DNA of 64,000 bases from Eledone cirrhosa (Eukaryota): contig OZ024740.1 in assembly GCA_964016885.1 (NCBI GenBank), positions 69,626,001-69,690,000 on the forward strand, in the 5' to 3' direction. A program made the position numbers and the translations under genes. Within the stretch, counting starts at the first letter, position 1; every line of letters starts with the position of its first letter. A model generated the notes under the pieces. It did no database searches and had not been told where the DNA came from. It worked only from the letters and a program-made list of their open reading frames with translations. This document shows positions 30,049 through 43,684 of this stretch, piece after piece.

Positions 30049-30534
30049 AATGTTATAATAATAGTGTTTATTATTTGTATTTTGTGAGTTTTTTGTTTTG
30101 TTTTGTTTCCTCATGCGTAGCTTTGCAAGATGATATTCCATTGCGTTAAGTTCTTGCTACTGATAAAGAAAAACATTGACTCGAATAAATTTAATAAGTT
30201 TTCACATTTCTGCACATAAATTAAAAGGAAACATCTGTTTTCTAATTATATAAAACAATAACATAAAGGAACGATATTACTCATCGTTAAAGATTTGCTG
30301 ATCATACATGTTTATTTATCAAATGATTGTACAAAATTTTCACCCAGTTGGTCCTTTAATAACATTTCCTTATTAGGATACAACATTTATTGTCTGTATT
30401 ATGTTTGAAACTAAGATTCCAAAACACCTGCAACTGTTCCTTATTTTCAATAACTCTAAAGGTATTGATATAGTTATTTCTTCTTATCAAATTCCACCCC
30501 CAAAACATACAAACACACGAACACACACACGCAC

Positions 30535-30565
<31 letters not shown>

Positions 30566-30586
30566 TACACTCATATAAATACATAT

Positions 30587-31280
30587 ATATATAATCAAGG
30601 TTTAGCAAATTAGAAAAAGTTTCAAAATAAATTTCAAAAAATTCACTGTACTTACTATGGTTACATTTACCGAAACGGTTTCGAGTCTCAAAAATAAATG
30701 GATAGTCCTTGCGGGCCTCCATTGAAAAGATAAACTCTCGTCAGAAGGTTATTTTCACTCGGAGAATATAAAATTCCTGAGTTCGAATTACGAACTGGCG
30801 CTATTCAAAATTGATCCCGAGATGAGAATGAATGATGTGGAAGCAATTCTGTCCAGTGCCGTGAGCTAAGATAGAAGGCAGAGGCAGGGAGGTCAATCTA
30901 CTACCACTATAAATAGCAGCAGTCAAAACGACCAGATTTTATCTCGACCAGGAGGAGATAATAATAATAAAGTATATATCCCTACACGCAAAAAACGTAT
31001 AGGGACACGTATATTATCCAACCATATGCCAATGTGGTTCTATGGCAGGTTAATAAATTAACGAGCCAGAACATATATAATCAAGGTTTAGCAAATAAGA
31101 AAAAGTTTTAAAATAAATTTCAAAAAATTCACTGTACTTACTATTGTTACCTTTACCGAAACGGTTTCGAGTCTCAAAAATAAATGGATAGTCCTTGCGG
31201 GCCTCCATTGAAAAGATAAACTCTCGCCAGAAGGTTATTTTCACTCGGAGAATATAAAATTCCCGAGTTCGAATAACGAA
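30587..31280 (-). mobile_element. Non-coding element with ~208-bp direct terminal repeats (30587-30794 and 31073-31280), each with an HHR-like motif; retrozyme-like or mini-PLE
   Basis: Near-identical repeats at period 486; minus strand reads CTGACGA gagttt...agactc GAAAC cgtttc (second copy CTGGCGA); flanked by microsatellites. Confidence 0.7.
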
Positions 31281-31309
31281 ATATATATGTATATATATAT
31301 ATATATTTA

Positions 31310-31451
<142 letters not shown>

Positions 31452-32038
31452 GTATACGTCTCAATAATGTTGTTTGTCTGTCCATAGTTTCTATCATCGA
31501 ACTTCCAGTTTTTCGAACTAAGAAATAGCTTGGTCACAAAATGTATTTGCAAATTACTGAACTTTCACTGTTTCTCCCGAGACATTTACTGTTTCTCCCG
31601 AGCATATCCAACATGAACCAGTGTGACAACCTAGCCTTTTGTTTACGACTACATTAGCTGAGAAAACTACTATATAGAATTCTACATAACATAAGACGAA
31701 CAACTATGGAGGTTCTTCCTATATCAGAATATAAACCAAAAATGATACAGTTTACCTGAAACCAATTATAATAACTGCCATGCTTCAATCTTTGAGAAAT
31801 TTTATATCATTGTCTATGATTTCCTGCCTCTCCTTCGATACTTTGCTACCAGTAATAAGCACGTGGCCAATGCGCCACTAATATGATCATTCTTCTTCTG
31901 AAAAATAGCAGTGTAGCCCTCAAAACGTTACTAGAAATATGGATTAAGGAACATCACTATTCCATTAATAAGTGTAATCAAACTGGTGAACATATGTTGT
32001 TTTTTTTCAATATAACAGGCTCACACAAGCATTCACTT

Positions 32039-32114
<76 letters not shown>

Positions 32115-32709
32115 TTTGGCAACGAAAATAGTAAGCCTCTCTGACAGCGGCTAAAGAACCAGAAACGGTACCATATGTGTGCTTTCTTTTTGTTAAGAAT
32201 AGCAGTGACATTATCACGCATTTCAAAATCCACAGAATAGCTACAAGGATGTATATATAAAAGAACATTTAGTATATGATTCGAAATACAATCACCGTCC
32301 GTCATAGCGTTACTACCGCTTATTAATTCGAGACCGCCAGGTTTTGTTCTGTATGCAAACGAGCTTCATCAGCCGATATCAATAAACATAAAACCTATAA
32401 GCTTTTAGCTTATTTCGTCTTACCAACCGAATAGAGTTATTCTCTCTGCCGTCGATTAAAGAAGCATAAATTGCTAAGAATAAGTGTGATATGATGACAG
32501 CCTTTTGAAATTCGTAGCACAAATACGTCTCAATCTCAGAGCATCACTGACGCTTACATATATATGTGAATGTGAGTGTATATATATATATATATATATA
32601 TAAATGTGAGTGTGACGAAATGCCTACGACGGTTGGAAGGCCACTGATGAGGACAAACTTTTTCATATGTAACCCATTTGCAGCGCCGCAGCTCCATTAT
32701 TATCATATT

Positions 32710-32750
<41 letters not shown>

Positions 32751-32791
32751 GATATTAAACAAATGGAAACTATATTTATAAAACCATATTT

Positions 32792-32855
32792 ATTTCATTA
32801 TACATATTTCAGGGAAACCATATTAAAAATATGGCATGCCTTCGTCAGATAAAAT
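32792..32855 (-). ncRNA. Type I minimal hammerhead ribozyme at the end of a non-coding PLE-like 3' region (~32750-33600)
   Basis: attttat CTGACGA agg catg ccatatt ttt aatatgg tttc cct GAAA tatgt ATA atgaaat; intact core, 7-bp stem I. Confidence 0.8.
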
Positions 32856-33833
32856 ACAATATATAAACAGTTTTATAAATAATTTTGACGTACCATAAAT
32901 ATAAGCGACCATTAAGATAGGAGGCTGGCTTGGTAGTGAAGTGTTTATAATTATTTAGTTATAGTGTTAAGCAGAGTTAGAAAAAAAGACGGAGAGAAAG
33001 AAGAAATGGATGTAAAGAAAAACAGAGAGAAATATGGGAGAGGGAAAGAAGGAGGAGGTGAAAAAGGAGAGGCAACCGAAGGCAACAGATGAATAATAAT
33101 AATTCACCATACAAATAGAGAGATTTAAGAGAGAGGGAGTACAGTAATTATTTAGTTATAGTGTTAAGCACAGTTAGAGAAAAGACGGAGAGAAAGAAAA
33201 AAATGCGGATAAAGAGAAAAGGGAGAGAGAGAGAGAGGTGGGAAGAAAAGAAAGAAGGAGAAAAATATAATTATATAGGGGGAGGTGAAAACCAAGAGAG
33301 AAATAAGAGAGAAATATGAGAGGCAAAATCAAAGCGACAGATACATAAAACTTCATCATATATAAAGAGAGAGGTGAAGAAAGAGCTATATCAAGAGAGA
33401 GGGAGGATAGAGTTACATCTTTACGTCATGTCATATCAATTTGAATTATCAATTCATATGAACTGGGTAATATCATGTAAATATCAATATTCATGAATGA
33501 GACATAGATATATAATGTGAGAAAATAATTTTGCTCAATAATGACCATATGTTTAGTTTAAAACTCTGAGGTCAATGTACCAAAATCTGAGATAAATCTT
33601 CAAAAAATTACCCTATTTATAAAAATACGGAGATATATATGTATATATATATATACGTATATGCACTTTCTGAAAAAAGAAAAAGAGAAAGTTATGTCTA
33701 GCTCTAGTCGATAATACAGACATACACATGACTTTACGTGATCAACTCTATAATTTCTTGTGTCATAAAAAAAAATGTCCTTGTTTTATAAAAAATTTCA
33801 TTATATATATATATAAAAATTTTTTTTTTTTTT

Positions 33834-34610
33834 ATGACAACAACATACATAGGTGAGACAGCTCGTAGCATAGGTGAAAGGATAGACCAACACTGGGGGG
33901 AACTAAAAGGACGAAAAAACGGGTCAGTACTATACGAACATGCTAGACAACAACATGACGGTAACATAGACAACATAGAAATTAGAATAATATCTAAACA
34001 TAGAAATGATCAAGCAGATAGGCAAATCAGAGAGGCCAGTGAAATAGAAATTAGAAGACCAAGGCTAAACAGAAAGAATGAATGGAATAACAACAACACC
34101 CAAACAACACTGTCCTAAGAAAAGTATAAATAAGTAAATAAAATAAGATAAATAAATAAATAAATACATACACAAGCACAATAACAACAAGCACATAAAC
34201 ACACTAGTCACCCATCACACAGCAAACATGACACTATACACACACGCAAACGCATGCGCAAAGAAGACAAAATAAAATAAACAAACAAGCAAATAAATAA
34301 ATAAATATATAGACAGACTGAATAAAAATGGCGTAGACATACAACACAACAGGAGTAAAATATAACACCACTGACGATGTTGCAGATGTGCAACGAAAGA
34401 TTTATGATAAACTATATATATGTGTTTGTGTCTATATTGTATCTGTATTATTTTTGACCGTCGGTCAGTCAATGGCAACATTGAGGACCGAATAAGTTAG
34501 ATTACCGATATAAAAGACAGCGAGAAGCGAAAACCAACCAAACAGTGAGTGTGTTCTGTTATTAATTCTGGCAATATTACACAAATATGACCCTCCCCAA
34601 GTATAACTAT
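33834..34610 (+). mobile_element. 5'-truncated PLE (Penelope/Poseidon-like GIY-YIG, 3' UTR, HHR)
   Basis: TYIGETARSIGERIDQHW...SVLYEHARQQH...RQIREASEI..RRPRLNR; ends at (TA)n. Confidence 0.88.
34369..34406 (+). ncRNA. Minimal hammerhead ribozyme
   Basis: ca CTGACGA t gttgca gatg tgcaac GAAA gatt TA tg; stem I is short. Confidence 0.65.
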
Positions 34611-34781
34611 ATATATATGTATTTATATATATATGTATATATACATATATATAAATATAAACATATATATATATATACATATATATTTTAATAAATATTT
34701 GCTCTACGGTTCTTATATATTTGATATATATTTATCCTTATCGAGCCCTCTTTGGATTTTAGTCTTCAAATTTATTATTAT

Positions 34782-34846
<65 letters not shown>

Positions 34847-34859
34847 TATATATATATCT

Positions 34860-37800
34860 GTCCCTTTCTAACCTCTCCCCTACCCTTCCCGCTATCTCTC
34901 CTTCTTCCTCTCCACAGCGAAATGGACTGCATACAGGGAAAAGTTGAAATTAGGATTCAGCGAAACTGGTCAAAGATGGAACTAGCGGTTTTGATCAAGA
35001 GTTGGGGCCTGGCTGATGGGTCACCACCAAGCAAAACAAATTGCGGAGACCCTGAAGAACCATGGGTTTCTGAGGACTCTGTCGCAGATAGAAAGAAAAA
35101 GAAAAGAAATCGAGAAGGCATTTGACTTCATAGCGCCACATATGGCGATGCTAAGCCGTGTCCTCAAGGAGGAGAAAAACGAAGAAAAAGGAGATGAAAT
35201 TGAAAAGGAAGAAAGCACAAGCAGGGACCTGAAAGAAAATGAGGTACCCGCCGGCACAGTCATGGAGGGCAGGCCGGGCAACAAGAAGTAAACCTTAAAG
35301 GTGAGAAGCGAAATCACCTTCCGAACAAGAACCAAGCCCACAGGGAACAGTGGACAACTGTCCAAAAGAAGAAGAGAAAGCACCGAGACACTGGGAGCAA
35401 GAAAACCCAGGTAATTTGCAAGTTCTTCAGGAACGGGACCTGATGGCATGGAGAGACAGGGATGGGCTGCAGATTCGCTCACCCCAGGCCCCAAATGATC
35501 TATGCCCATTCTAGATGCCCCAACCAAAGCCAAAACAACCGCTCCAGAAGTATGCTGATGTGGCGCGTGCCGCACCAACAAGGAGAAGGCACGCACATGC
35601 CGACGAGATACAGATAGCAACAGCAGAGCAGAAAATCTTTTTAGTGATGGCAGAGAAGATTGTGGGACAGCTGACCTGGCTGCATCATTTTCAGAGCCAG
35701 GTTAACCCACACTAGCACTCAAGACCACCACAACTAAGGGACCCAGAGTGGCCGCCGCTGACACCAGGCCAGGTGTTATACCGTCATCCATTGCTGGCAC
35801 CCCGACAGTCACACCAGTGCTGCTGCTGAATGTCAGAGGCCTGGTGAAACTCACTAACATGAGTAAAAAAAATCCTACCTGGGAGACTAAGCCATAAGCA
35901 ATCAAGCTTTATGCATGGCACTAACCGAAACGCACCTGACAAGCAGTATAGCAGATGCAGAAATACATATACCGAAATATACTGTATTTCGTTCGGACAG
36001 GAAGGATAGAACTCATGGTGGGGTTGCTCTGTATATCCGTGAAGATGTCACACATTCAAACTGAGTCTGTGACACACTGATAGTATATGAAGCAACTACA
36101 GACAGTAACTTGTATCACGTATCGGCCGCCCGATGCCCCCAGTCATGAGGGTAAATTTGAGGATAGCCTCAGTAGGATAGAATAGGTCCTTGACAAACTG
36201 GACCAGGGTCTCAACATTCTACTCCTGGGAGACTTCAACCTGCCAAAGGTCAAATGGCCTGAGAGTCACCTCCTCCCTGGAATGACGTCAATTGAACAGA
36301 GACAGACGGAATCCCTGCTGACCCTCACACACAGACTGCTCATGGAACAAGCAGTACTCCCCCCAACAAGAGGCGAAAATGTCCTGGACCTCTGTTTTAC
36401 AAACAACGAAGTGCTCATCCACAATGTAAAGGTGACACCAACAATTTTCTTGGATCATAACTTAGTAGAACTAATGATATGTGGTCCGAGAGAACCAACA
36501 GAGACACAACCATCAAGAAGCACCGGGACGTTATCCAGCGTTATCAGGGCTAACTGGAAAAAGATCAAGAGAGAAATCCGGAAGCAAATATGGAGCAAAA
36601 ACACCGCCACACAAGACACCAACACACAATTTCAACACTTCATGACAACGATACACACTATATGCAAGACGTTTCTCCCGGAGAAAAAGGCAAACAGACA
36701 CAACAATCTTATTCCCAGAGATAGGAAAATCCTCATGAGATTTAGAACCAAGTTCTCAAACCAGTTGAATGCACTACAAGAAAACAAAAACTAGAAGGAA
36801 TCCTAGTTGAAACGTGCACTACTTGACACCGAGATTGCACTCAAACTTTCCCATAAAAATGAGAGGATAAAGAAAGAAAGCAGGGCCATAGAAAATATTA
36901 AAACAAACCCTAAGGCCTTTTGTTAAATTTGCAAAAGAAACTACCTCGGTACACTGCAAGATTGGGCCATTCTTCCATACAGATGGTTCATTAACCGAGA
37001 ATCCCCAAGAGATATGTGAAATACTGAACGAACAGTACAAAAGTGTGTTCACATGTCCACCGAGGTACATGCAAATAACAAAGCCAGAGGAGTTCTTTGA
37101 TGCCACAACACTACATGAAGAAATGGCGACCATCAACCACATAGACATAACGGAGGAGGATGTGGTATACGCCATAGATGAAATTAGAACAGACTCACCT
37201 TCTGTACCTGATGGATTACCAGCAGTCCCCTTAAAAACATGTAAGCGGGCCTTAGCAACTCCACTGAGGAAGCCCTTCAGAAGCTCCTTGGCTAGCGGTA
37301 CACTACCCAGGGAGCTGAAAGAAGGCACAATATGCCCTATCCATAAAGGAGGTAGCAGAGCGGAGGCCAAAAACTATAGGCCAGTCTCCCTGACGTCGCA
37401 TATCAGTAAGGTCATGGGGCGAGTCGTCAGAAAAAAATGATCACTTTCCTCGAGGAAAATGACCACCTGACTAGCACGCAGTATGGCTTCCGCCCAGGAA
37501 AAAGCTGCCTTACACAGCTGCTACATCACTACGACTGGGTACTGAAACAACTGCTAGACAGCTCACATGTGGACATGATATATCTTGACTTTGCGAAGGC
37601 TTTTGACAAGATCGACCACAGAATACATGTCACAAACGACACGGGCTCGGCATAACTGGATAAGTAGGTGAGTGGCTGTATGACTTCTTAAAGGACAGAC
37701 GCCAAACAGTCGCAGCAAACGGGGCCCTCTCAAAGAAAACGTACATAACAAGTGGGGTGCCCCAAGGGACAGTCCTGAGACCACTACTGTTTTTGGTGGC

Positions 37801-38826
37801 TCTCTCAGACATGTTCCCTGTAGTACATACAACAACATCCCTCACTAGCTATGCTGATGACACTAATGTAGCACAGGCAATCAAAAACCCGGCTAACGCT
37901 GCCCTTTCTCAACAAGATTTAGAGGCCATATACAAATGAGCGGAGGAAAACAACATGAAGTTTAATGCTGGAAAATTCCAAGCCCTACAATACAAACCTG
38001 CAAACACAAATACAGTACAACACAGTTACGCAGGACCAGGAGGGACCGATATCCCCGTGTCAAAATCGATACGAACCTGGTTATAGACATGAGCGATGAT
38101 GCATCTTTTTCCTCACACATCATGAAAGGGGCGACAATGTGCAGACTCGCTGGCTGGATCTTGAGGACTTTCCAGACAAGAGACCGAGACACCATGTTGA
38201 CACTATGGAGGAGATTTATCCTAAGTCGCCTGGACTATTGCTCCCAGTTGTGGTCACCCCATAGTGTCAAACTAACCACGGAGCTTGAGGCAATACAGCG
38301 AAGCTACACAAAGAGGATTGCCACGATGAAGGAGGTAAACTACTGGGAGAGGCTAAAAGAACTGAACCTCTACTCTTTGGAACAAAACCGGAGAGATACG
38401 CAGTGATCTACATGTGGAAAATCCTGAAGGGACTTTGGCATTGGGGGCTGGACCAACCGTCGAACAGGACGTCACTGTGTGGTGTCAAAGGTCCCGTCTT
38501 CCACATCTAGAATAAGGAGCAGATATTACAATAGCCTGGGATTCAAGGGTCCTCAACTCTTCAACAAGCTGCCGAGGGATCTGAGAGATCTGCATGGTGT
38601 GGAGGTGGATGTCTTCAAGAAACATCTCGACACCTTGCTATCCAGGATCCCGGATGAGCCCACAGCAAAGCACGAGGGAAACCAAAGGGCAGCAGCAACA
38701 AACTCCCTCTTACACCAGTGGCCAACCAATACAGTCAGGAAATCAAATGTGTAGCAACAAGGACGGTGCCCCAGCATGGCCTCAGCCGGATGGCTGGTAC
38801 ACGTAAAAGAGTAAGAGAGTAAAAGA
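34860..38826 (+). mobile_element. CR1-group LINE, near full length, with many stops and frameshifts
   Basis: ORF1 remnants 34922-35715; APE motifs LLNVRGL, LTETHL, GGVALY, YRPP, LGDFNLP, PTRGENVLDL, DHNLV; RT motifs NYRPVSLTS, QYGFRPGKSC, YLDFAKAFDK, GVPQGTVL, SYADDT; RLDYCSQLWSP; tail (gtaaRaga); (TA)n flanks. Confidence 0.9.
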
Positions 38827-38877
38827 ATATACATATACATATATATGTATATATATATATATATATGTATATATATG

Positions 38878-39207
<330 letters not shown>

Positions 39208-39706
39208 CAGATGTAGGAAGGGGAAAATAGGCGACAAAAAAAAACTAGGGACAATATATATATATATATATATATATACATTGCATTCACACGCATTTTC
39301 CTTTTTTCGTTTTTGCAAGCAATCTTGAAATGGCTTTTCTTTCTCTTTCCTGCAAATTTCATTGGCAAGGCCATCCAGGCAAATATTGTACTTATAAAAA
39401 GAAATATGTTTCAACGAGGAATAAATGATTTTGCGTTCTTTTTCCCTTGTTTAGTAAGATGTTTTCTACAGCGTTATCCAATACAAAAAATGTTTCCCGT
39501 AACACCTTACTAACAGCTGGGAATTGTAAAATGATAAATGGTTCGAAAGGAATTTGGTGACAGAATGTTTGTTTGTTTTTTTTTTGTTTTTTTTGTTGCT
39601 GTTTTTTGTTTCGTTTTTGTTTTGTTTTTGTTTATTGTTTCATAGGACAGCATGAAACTAAAACAGAAAACAAAGGAAATAATTATTTAAATACTACTAC
39701 TAGTAG

Positions 39707-39744
<38 letters not shown>

Positions 39745-40004
39745 ATAATAATAATAATAATGTTTTCTTTATTAACCACAAGGGTTCACATAAAGTAGAC
39801 ATTAAGGACAGTACAGGACAATACAGGACGGTACAAATGGGCATTTCTGCGTGTAAAAAAACAGAGGTTGAAATAAAATAACAAAGAAAAATTCCCCAAT
39901 AGGGGGGAGACTTCCAAGGGACATTTGTGGAGAAAGCCCATTAAAAGACCACAGTGGCCCTGACCACCAGGGCAAGTGCCCTCTCCCAGTTTTCCACCTT
40001 TAAT

Positions 40005-41939
40005 TTACAGACACATACTCAGAGTAGGCCCATTCATTCGGGCCATACTTGCTTCTCTCACCCATCTTTCAACAAAATGCTGGGAAGAGAGCACTTCCCT
40101 CTCTACCCTGATTTTTCTTTTCAAATGAAATTTGAAAAAGTTAATCAGGGCATCACCGAAGAGGTAAGTGCTCGTCTTCAGCCCTTTCAAACGTGTCCAC
40201 CATACTATCTCTTTCGCCATGGCCACCAGACAGATAAAAACTGCCTGCCCTTCCAGGCTAAAGGAAGGGGGCGGGGCAATCCTCACGATGGACTCAGCTG
40301 ATAGCTGGATAGGTCCTACACGTGACAGCAGGTGTTCGACATAAACCCACAAGTCAGCAATGCTCGGACACTGGACGAGTGCGTGCAGGACGGTTTCGTC
40401 GCCCTGCGCGCATCTCGGACATGCCCGGCTGACGGCACCTCCATGCCTGTAGAGTTTATCCCGAACTGGCAAAGCTCCTCGGTAGCACTGACAGGCCAGG
40501 GATTTCTGGAAGTTGTCCATAGGCCCCGGCCCGAAAGTCCTTCCTAAGAGATTGGCTAGTTGATTTTCGTCGACGCCTAGAGTTTCTCCAAGTACGTCGT
40601 CGCTCTTCCCCTCCACTAATCCCCTATAGAACGCCAAGGTGGAGTTTCCACCGATCACATTGCCCGATTGGTCGAGGGCTGTGAGCGCCTGAAGACATTC
40701 CAGTCTCCAAGCGCTCCCTCTCGGTCTTCGCTTGACCCAGGACTGCAGCTCCGTCAAGGAGACGAGCTGGGGAAAAACGTGTCTTGCAAACGGCGACCAC
40801 ACCTGATCACCGTCGAAGAAGAGGTGGAGATGTCGTAGCCTGAGCGCGTGTCTGCGCATCATCAGCCACGGCATGCCCAGCCCTCCACGTAGCGGGTGTT
40901 GACAGCAGATGGACCGCCTGACCATCGGAGCGCGTCCCTTCCACAAGAAGCGAAAGAGCAAACGCTCCAGCGCAGTCAGGCGGGGCTTAGGACAAGGTAC
41001 GACGGTCAGGCGGTAGTAGATGACGGATGCGATGTACGCATTCGCCACCTCCGCTCGACCTTTCAGGGATAGCTTCCTCTCGGCCCATTTCTGGGTGAGA
41101 GAAGCCACCCTGCTCGTCACCTCGTCCCAGTTTTTGTCCGTCTGGAGGTCTGGACCGAACCAGACCCCTAGCAATTTAACCGGTCCGTCCGTCCAGCGCC
41201 CGACGACGCTGTTGGACGGCATGGACCTGCCTCTCCAGGTGCCGAGCTGCAGGCCCACTGACTTTTCCTGGTTGATCATTGCTCCTGTCACCGCTTCGTA
41301 TTCTCTTAGTGTAGTGCCGATCGCCTCGATGTGTTTGGCGTTCGACACCACTACGGTGACATCGTCGGCATATGCTGACACGGATCTTCCGCATCCTAGT
41401 TCGCGCGGGACCCCCCTCAACGTCTCCAGTTTGTGCAGTAATGGCTCGAGAGTCAATACGTACAATAGGGACGAGAGGGGACATCCTTGGCGGACCGAGC
41501 GCATGATGTTGAACGGTTCCGAAAGGTGACCGTTCACTCTCACTACAGAGCAGATGTCGCTGTGCATGGCAGCGATCCAGCCTCTGAAGACGGGCCCAAA
41601 GCCAGCCGCCCTCCGGACTGCCGCTAGGTAACGATGGTCGACCCTATCGAAGGCTTTCGACTGATCTAAATTGATCAAAGACCCACCCGTGCCAGGTTCC
41701 CTAGCTACCCTCTCTACGATGTATCGCATGAGGTGGAGGTTGTCGTGGATGGATCTGTCGGGAATGGCGCATGTCTGTGCCTCTCCCACCAGACCACCAA
41801 CGACAAGCGCCAACCTCTTTGCTAGCATCTTGGCCAAAATCTTGAACTCTGTGTTTAGCAGAGTTATGGGCCTAAAATGATCTATGTTATCCCCCTTATT
41901 CGGAACCTTTCTCAGCAACGCCACCGCTCCTCGGCTCAC
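40005..41939 (-). CDS. Tx1 ORF2 RT and C-terminal Zn-motif portion (644-codon open frame; upstream APE part frameshifted)
   Basis: Uninterrupted RT domains in the ORF track. Confidence 0.85.
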   Translation of the reverse strand: MSRGAVALLRKVPNKGDNIDHFRPITLLNTEFKILAKMLAKRLALVVGGLVGEAQTCAIPDRSIHDNLHLMRYIVERVAREPGTGGSLINLDQSKAFDRVDHRYLAAVRRAAGFGPVFRGWIAAMHSDICSVVRVNGHLSEPFNIMRSVRQGCPLSSLLYVLTLEPLLHKLETLRGVPRELGCGRSVSAYADDVTVVVSNAKHIEAIGTTLREYEAVTGAMINQEKSVGLQLGTWRGRSMPSNSVVGRWTDGPVKLLGVWFGPDLQTDKNWDEVTSRVASLTQKWAERKLSLKGRAEVANAYIASVIYYRLTVVPCPKPRLTALERLLFRFLWKGRAPMVRRSICCQHPLRGGLGMPWLMMRRHALRLRHLHLFFDGDQVWSPFARHVFPQLVSLTELQSWVKRRPRGSAWRLECLQALTALDQSGNVIGGNSTLAFYRGLVEGKSDDVLGETLGVDENQLANLLGRTFGPGPMDNFQKSLACQCYRGALPVRDKLYRHGGAVSRACPRCAQGDETVLHALVQCPSIADLWVYVEHLLSRVGPIQLSAESIVRIAPPPSFSLEGQAVFICLVAMAKEIVWWTRLKGLKTSTYLFGDALINFFKFHLKRKIRVEREVLSSQHFVERWVREASMARMNGPTLSMCL

Positions 41940-43684
41940 AGAGCTGGGAATTCACCCGTTCTGTTGCCAGTTGCAGTAGACGTCCGCCAAGAGGCCTCCG
42001 AACAAGTTTGGCATCTGTACGTATAGTTCATAGGGCAGACCATCCTAACCACGATTTACCCCTTGTGCAACTAGTCATTGCATCCCGTACTTCAGCGGTT
42101 GTTATCGGCTTTTCGCAACACTCCGCCTCAGTGGCCGAAAGCCGCGGCAGTCCGTTGAGGTAGACACTAAAGTCCATCCCTCGATCCGGCCCGCCACTGC
42201 CCCCGAACAGTTGAGCGAAGTGTCGCTGAAAAGCTTCACACATTTGCCCGGGATCGAGTAGCATACGCCCGTCGTGGTCCACCAAAGACCGGATCGTGGC
42301 TTTGTTGCCATGACGCGCCTCCGCCACTCGGGCCCATTGAACGGCTTTCGGCCCCTCGTGTCTGAGAGCAGGCACCCTAGCTCTGACAATGCAGCCTTCG
42401 TGCTTTGCATTGAAGAATTGGTCAAGGGCCAATTCCGCCGCAAGTACGTCGGTCGCGATGCCTTTGCTAAGCGCCTCGTCTAATTTTCTAACTAATTCTC
42501 CCTCTGCTCTATTTTTCTCTATTGCTAAAGCCTTACTAAACCTAATGGACTCTATTCTAATTCCTCTTTTCAGAGCAAACCACCACTTGTTGTTGACGAT
42601 GGCCCCGGTCAACGCTCGCTTAACTAGTTCGCTAATCCGGTCTCTGTAGGCCTTGCGCGCTGGTAAGGACGCGTTTAGCTTCCAGTAGCCGTGTCCTCGT
42701 CTATGAAGCCTATCTAAGTCAAGCACACATATCACGAATTTGTGGTTCGTGTAGCTGACTATCTTGAATTGTGGACAGCCTATGCTAGACCTATCTATTT
42801 CCCTACAAAATACTCTATCTAGATATGATCTGGATGACCCCATGCGATTTGTCCAAGTCCACATTGGCACATTCTGGCAATCCATTCGGTACCTGTCAGA
42901 CAGTTCAAAACGCCTGAGCAGGTTGGTGAGACTCTTGCACCTTCCTCCCCTATCCACTAATCCCACACAGTCCCAGCGTGCATCTAAGATCCCGTTCCAG
43001 TCGCCCACTAACACTAAACAGCGGGAAGTTCCAAGAAAGGTCTCGGAAGAAATCAGGCCGCCCTGCTCCTGTCGGGGCATAGACGGCCACTAACCTGAAA
43101 GATTTCCCGTCTCCTCTGGTCACGTCCAGCACCACCAACTTACCTTCTGGGTCCAGGAAGATGGCCCGTATGGCAAGATCCAACCTCTCCGAAAAAGCAC
43201 AGCAACTCCTCCCCCGATCCCGGACGGCTGGGAGATGCGTACACATCGTAGCCGCCGAAGATCGGTGCGAAGGCCAGTGCTTCAGAGATTCTGGTCTGAT
43301 TCTGGTCTGATGTAGTGTAATAATTGGTTGTTGTTCAAATTTAATGCTGTGTAGTGTGTATCGTTTTGGTTGTTTTGTTTTGTTTGCATTGGTTGTGGGT
43401 TTGTTTCTGTTTCGCATTTTGGTGACTTTTGTGGTGTACGTGATGGTGGTGTTGGGGTTAATGATGGTGATGGTGTTGGTGTTTGGGTTGATGACGTTGG
43501 TGATGCTGGTGTGGATGGTGGCATGTCTGTCCTAACTTTTTTGTTTGATAGTTTATTTATTTCCCTCTATATTTTGTTTTTGGAGGGGGAAGGAAGAGAA
43601 TTTTTTTCTTTTTTGGTTTCTTTTTTTCTTTGTTCCTGATACTGTTTCCCACTCCTAGTTATCACAATCTGTCTCCAGTTGTGA

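Noticed and set aside
32330-32376. Hammerhead candidate CUGAUGA...AAAAC on the minus strand
   Set aside because: GAAA is mutated and stems I and III do not pair convincingly
41020-41529. Antisense ORFs over the Tx1, CR1 and RTE coding regions
   Set aside because: Shadow frames of GC-richer retroelement ORFs with no independent motifs
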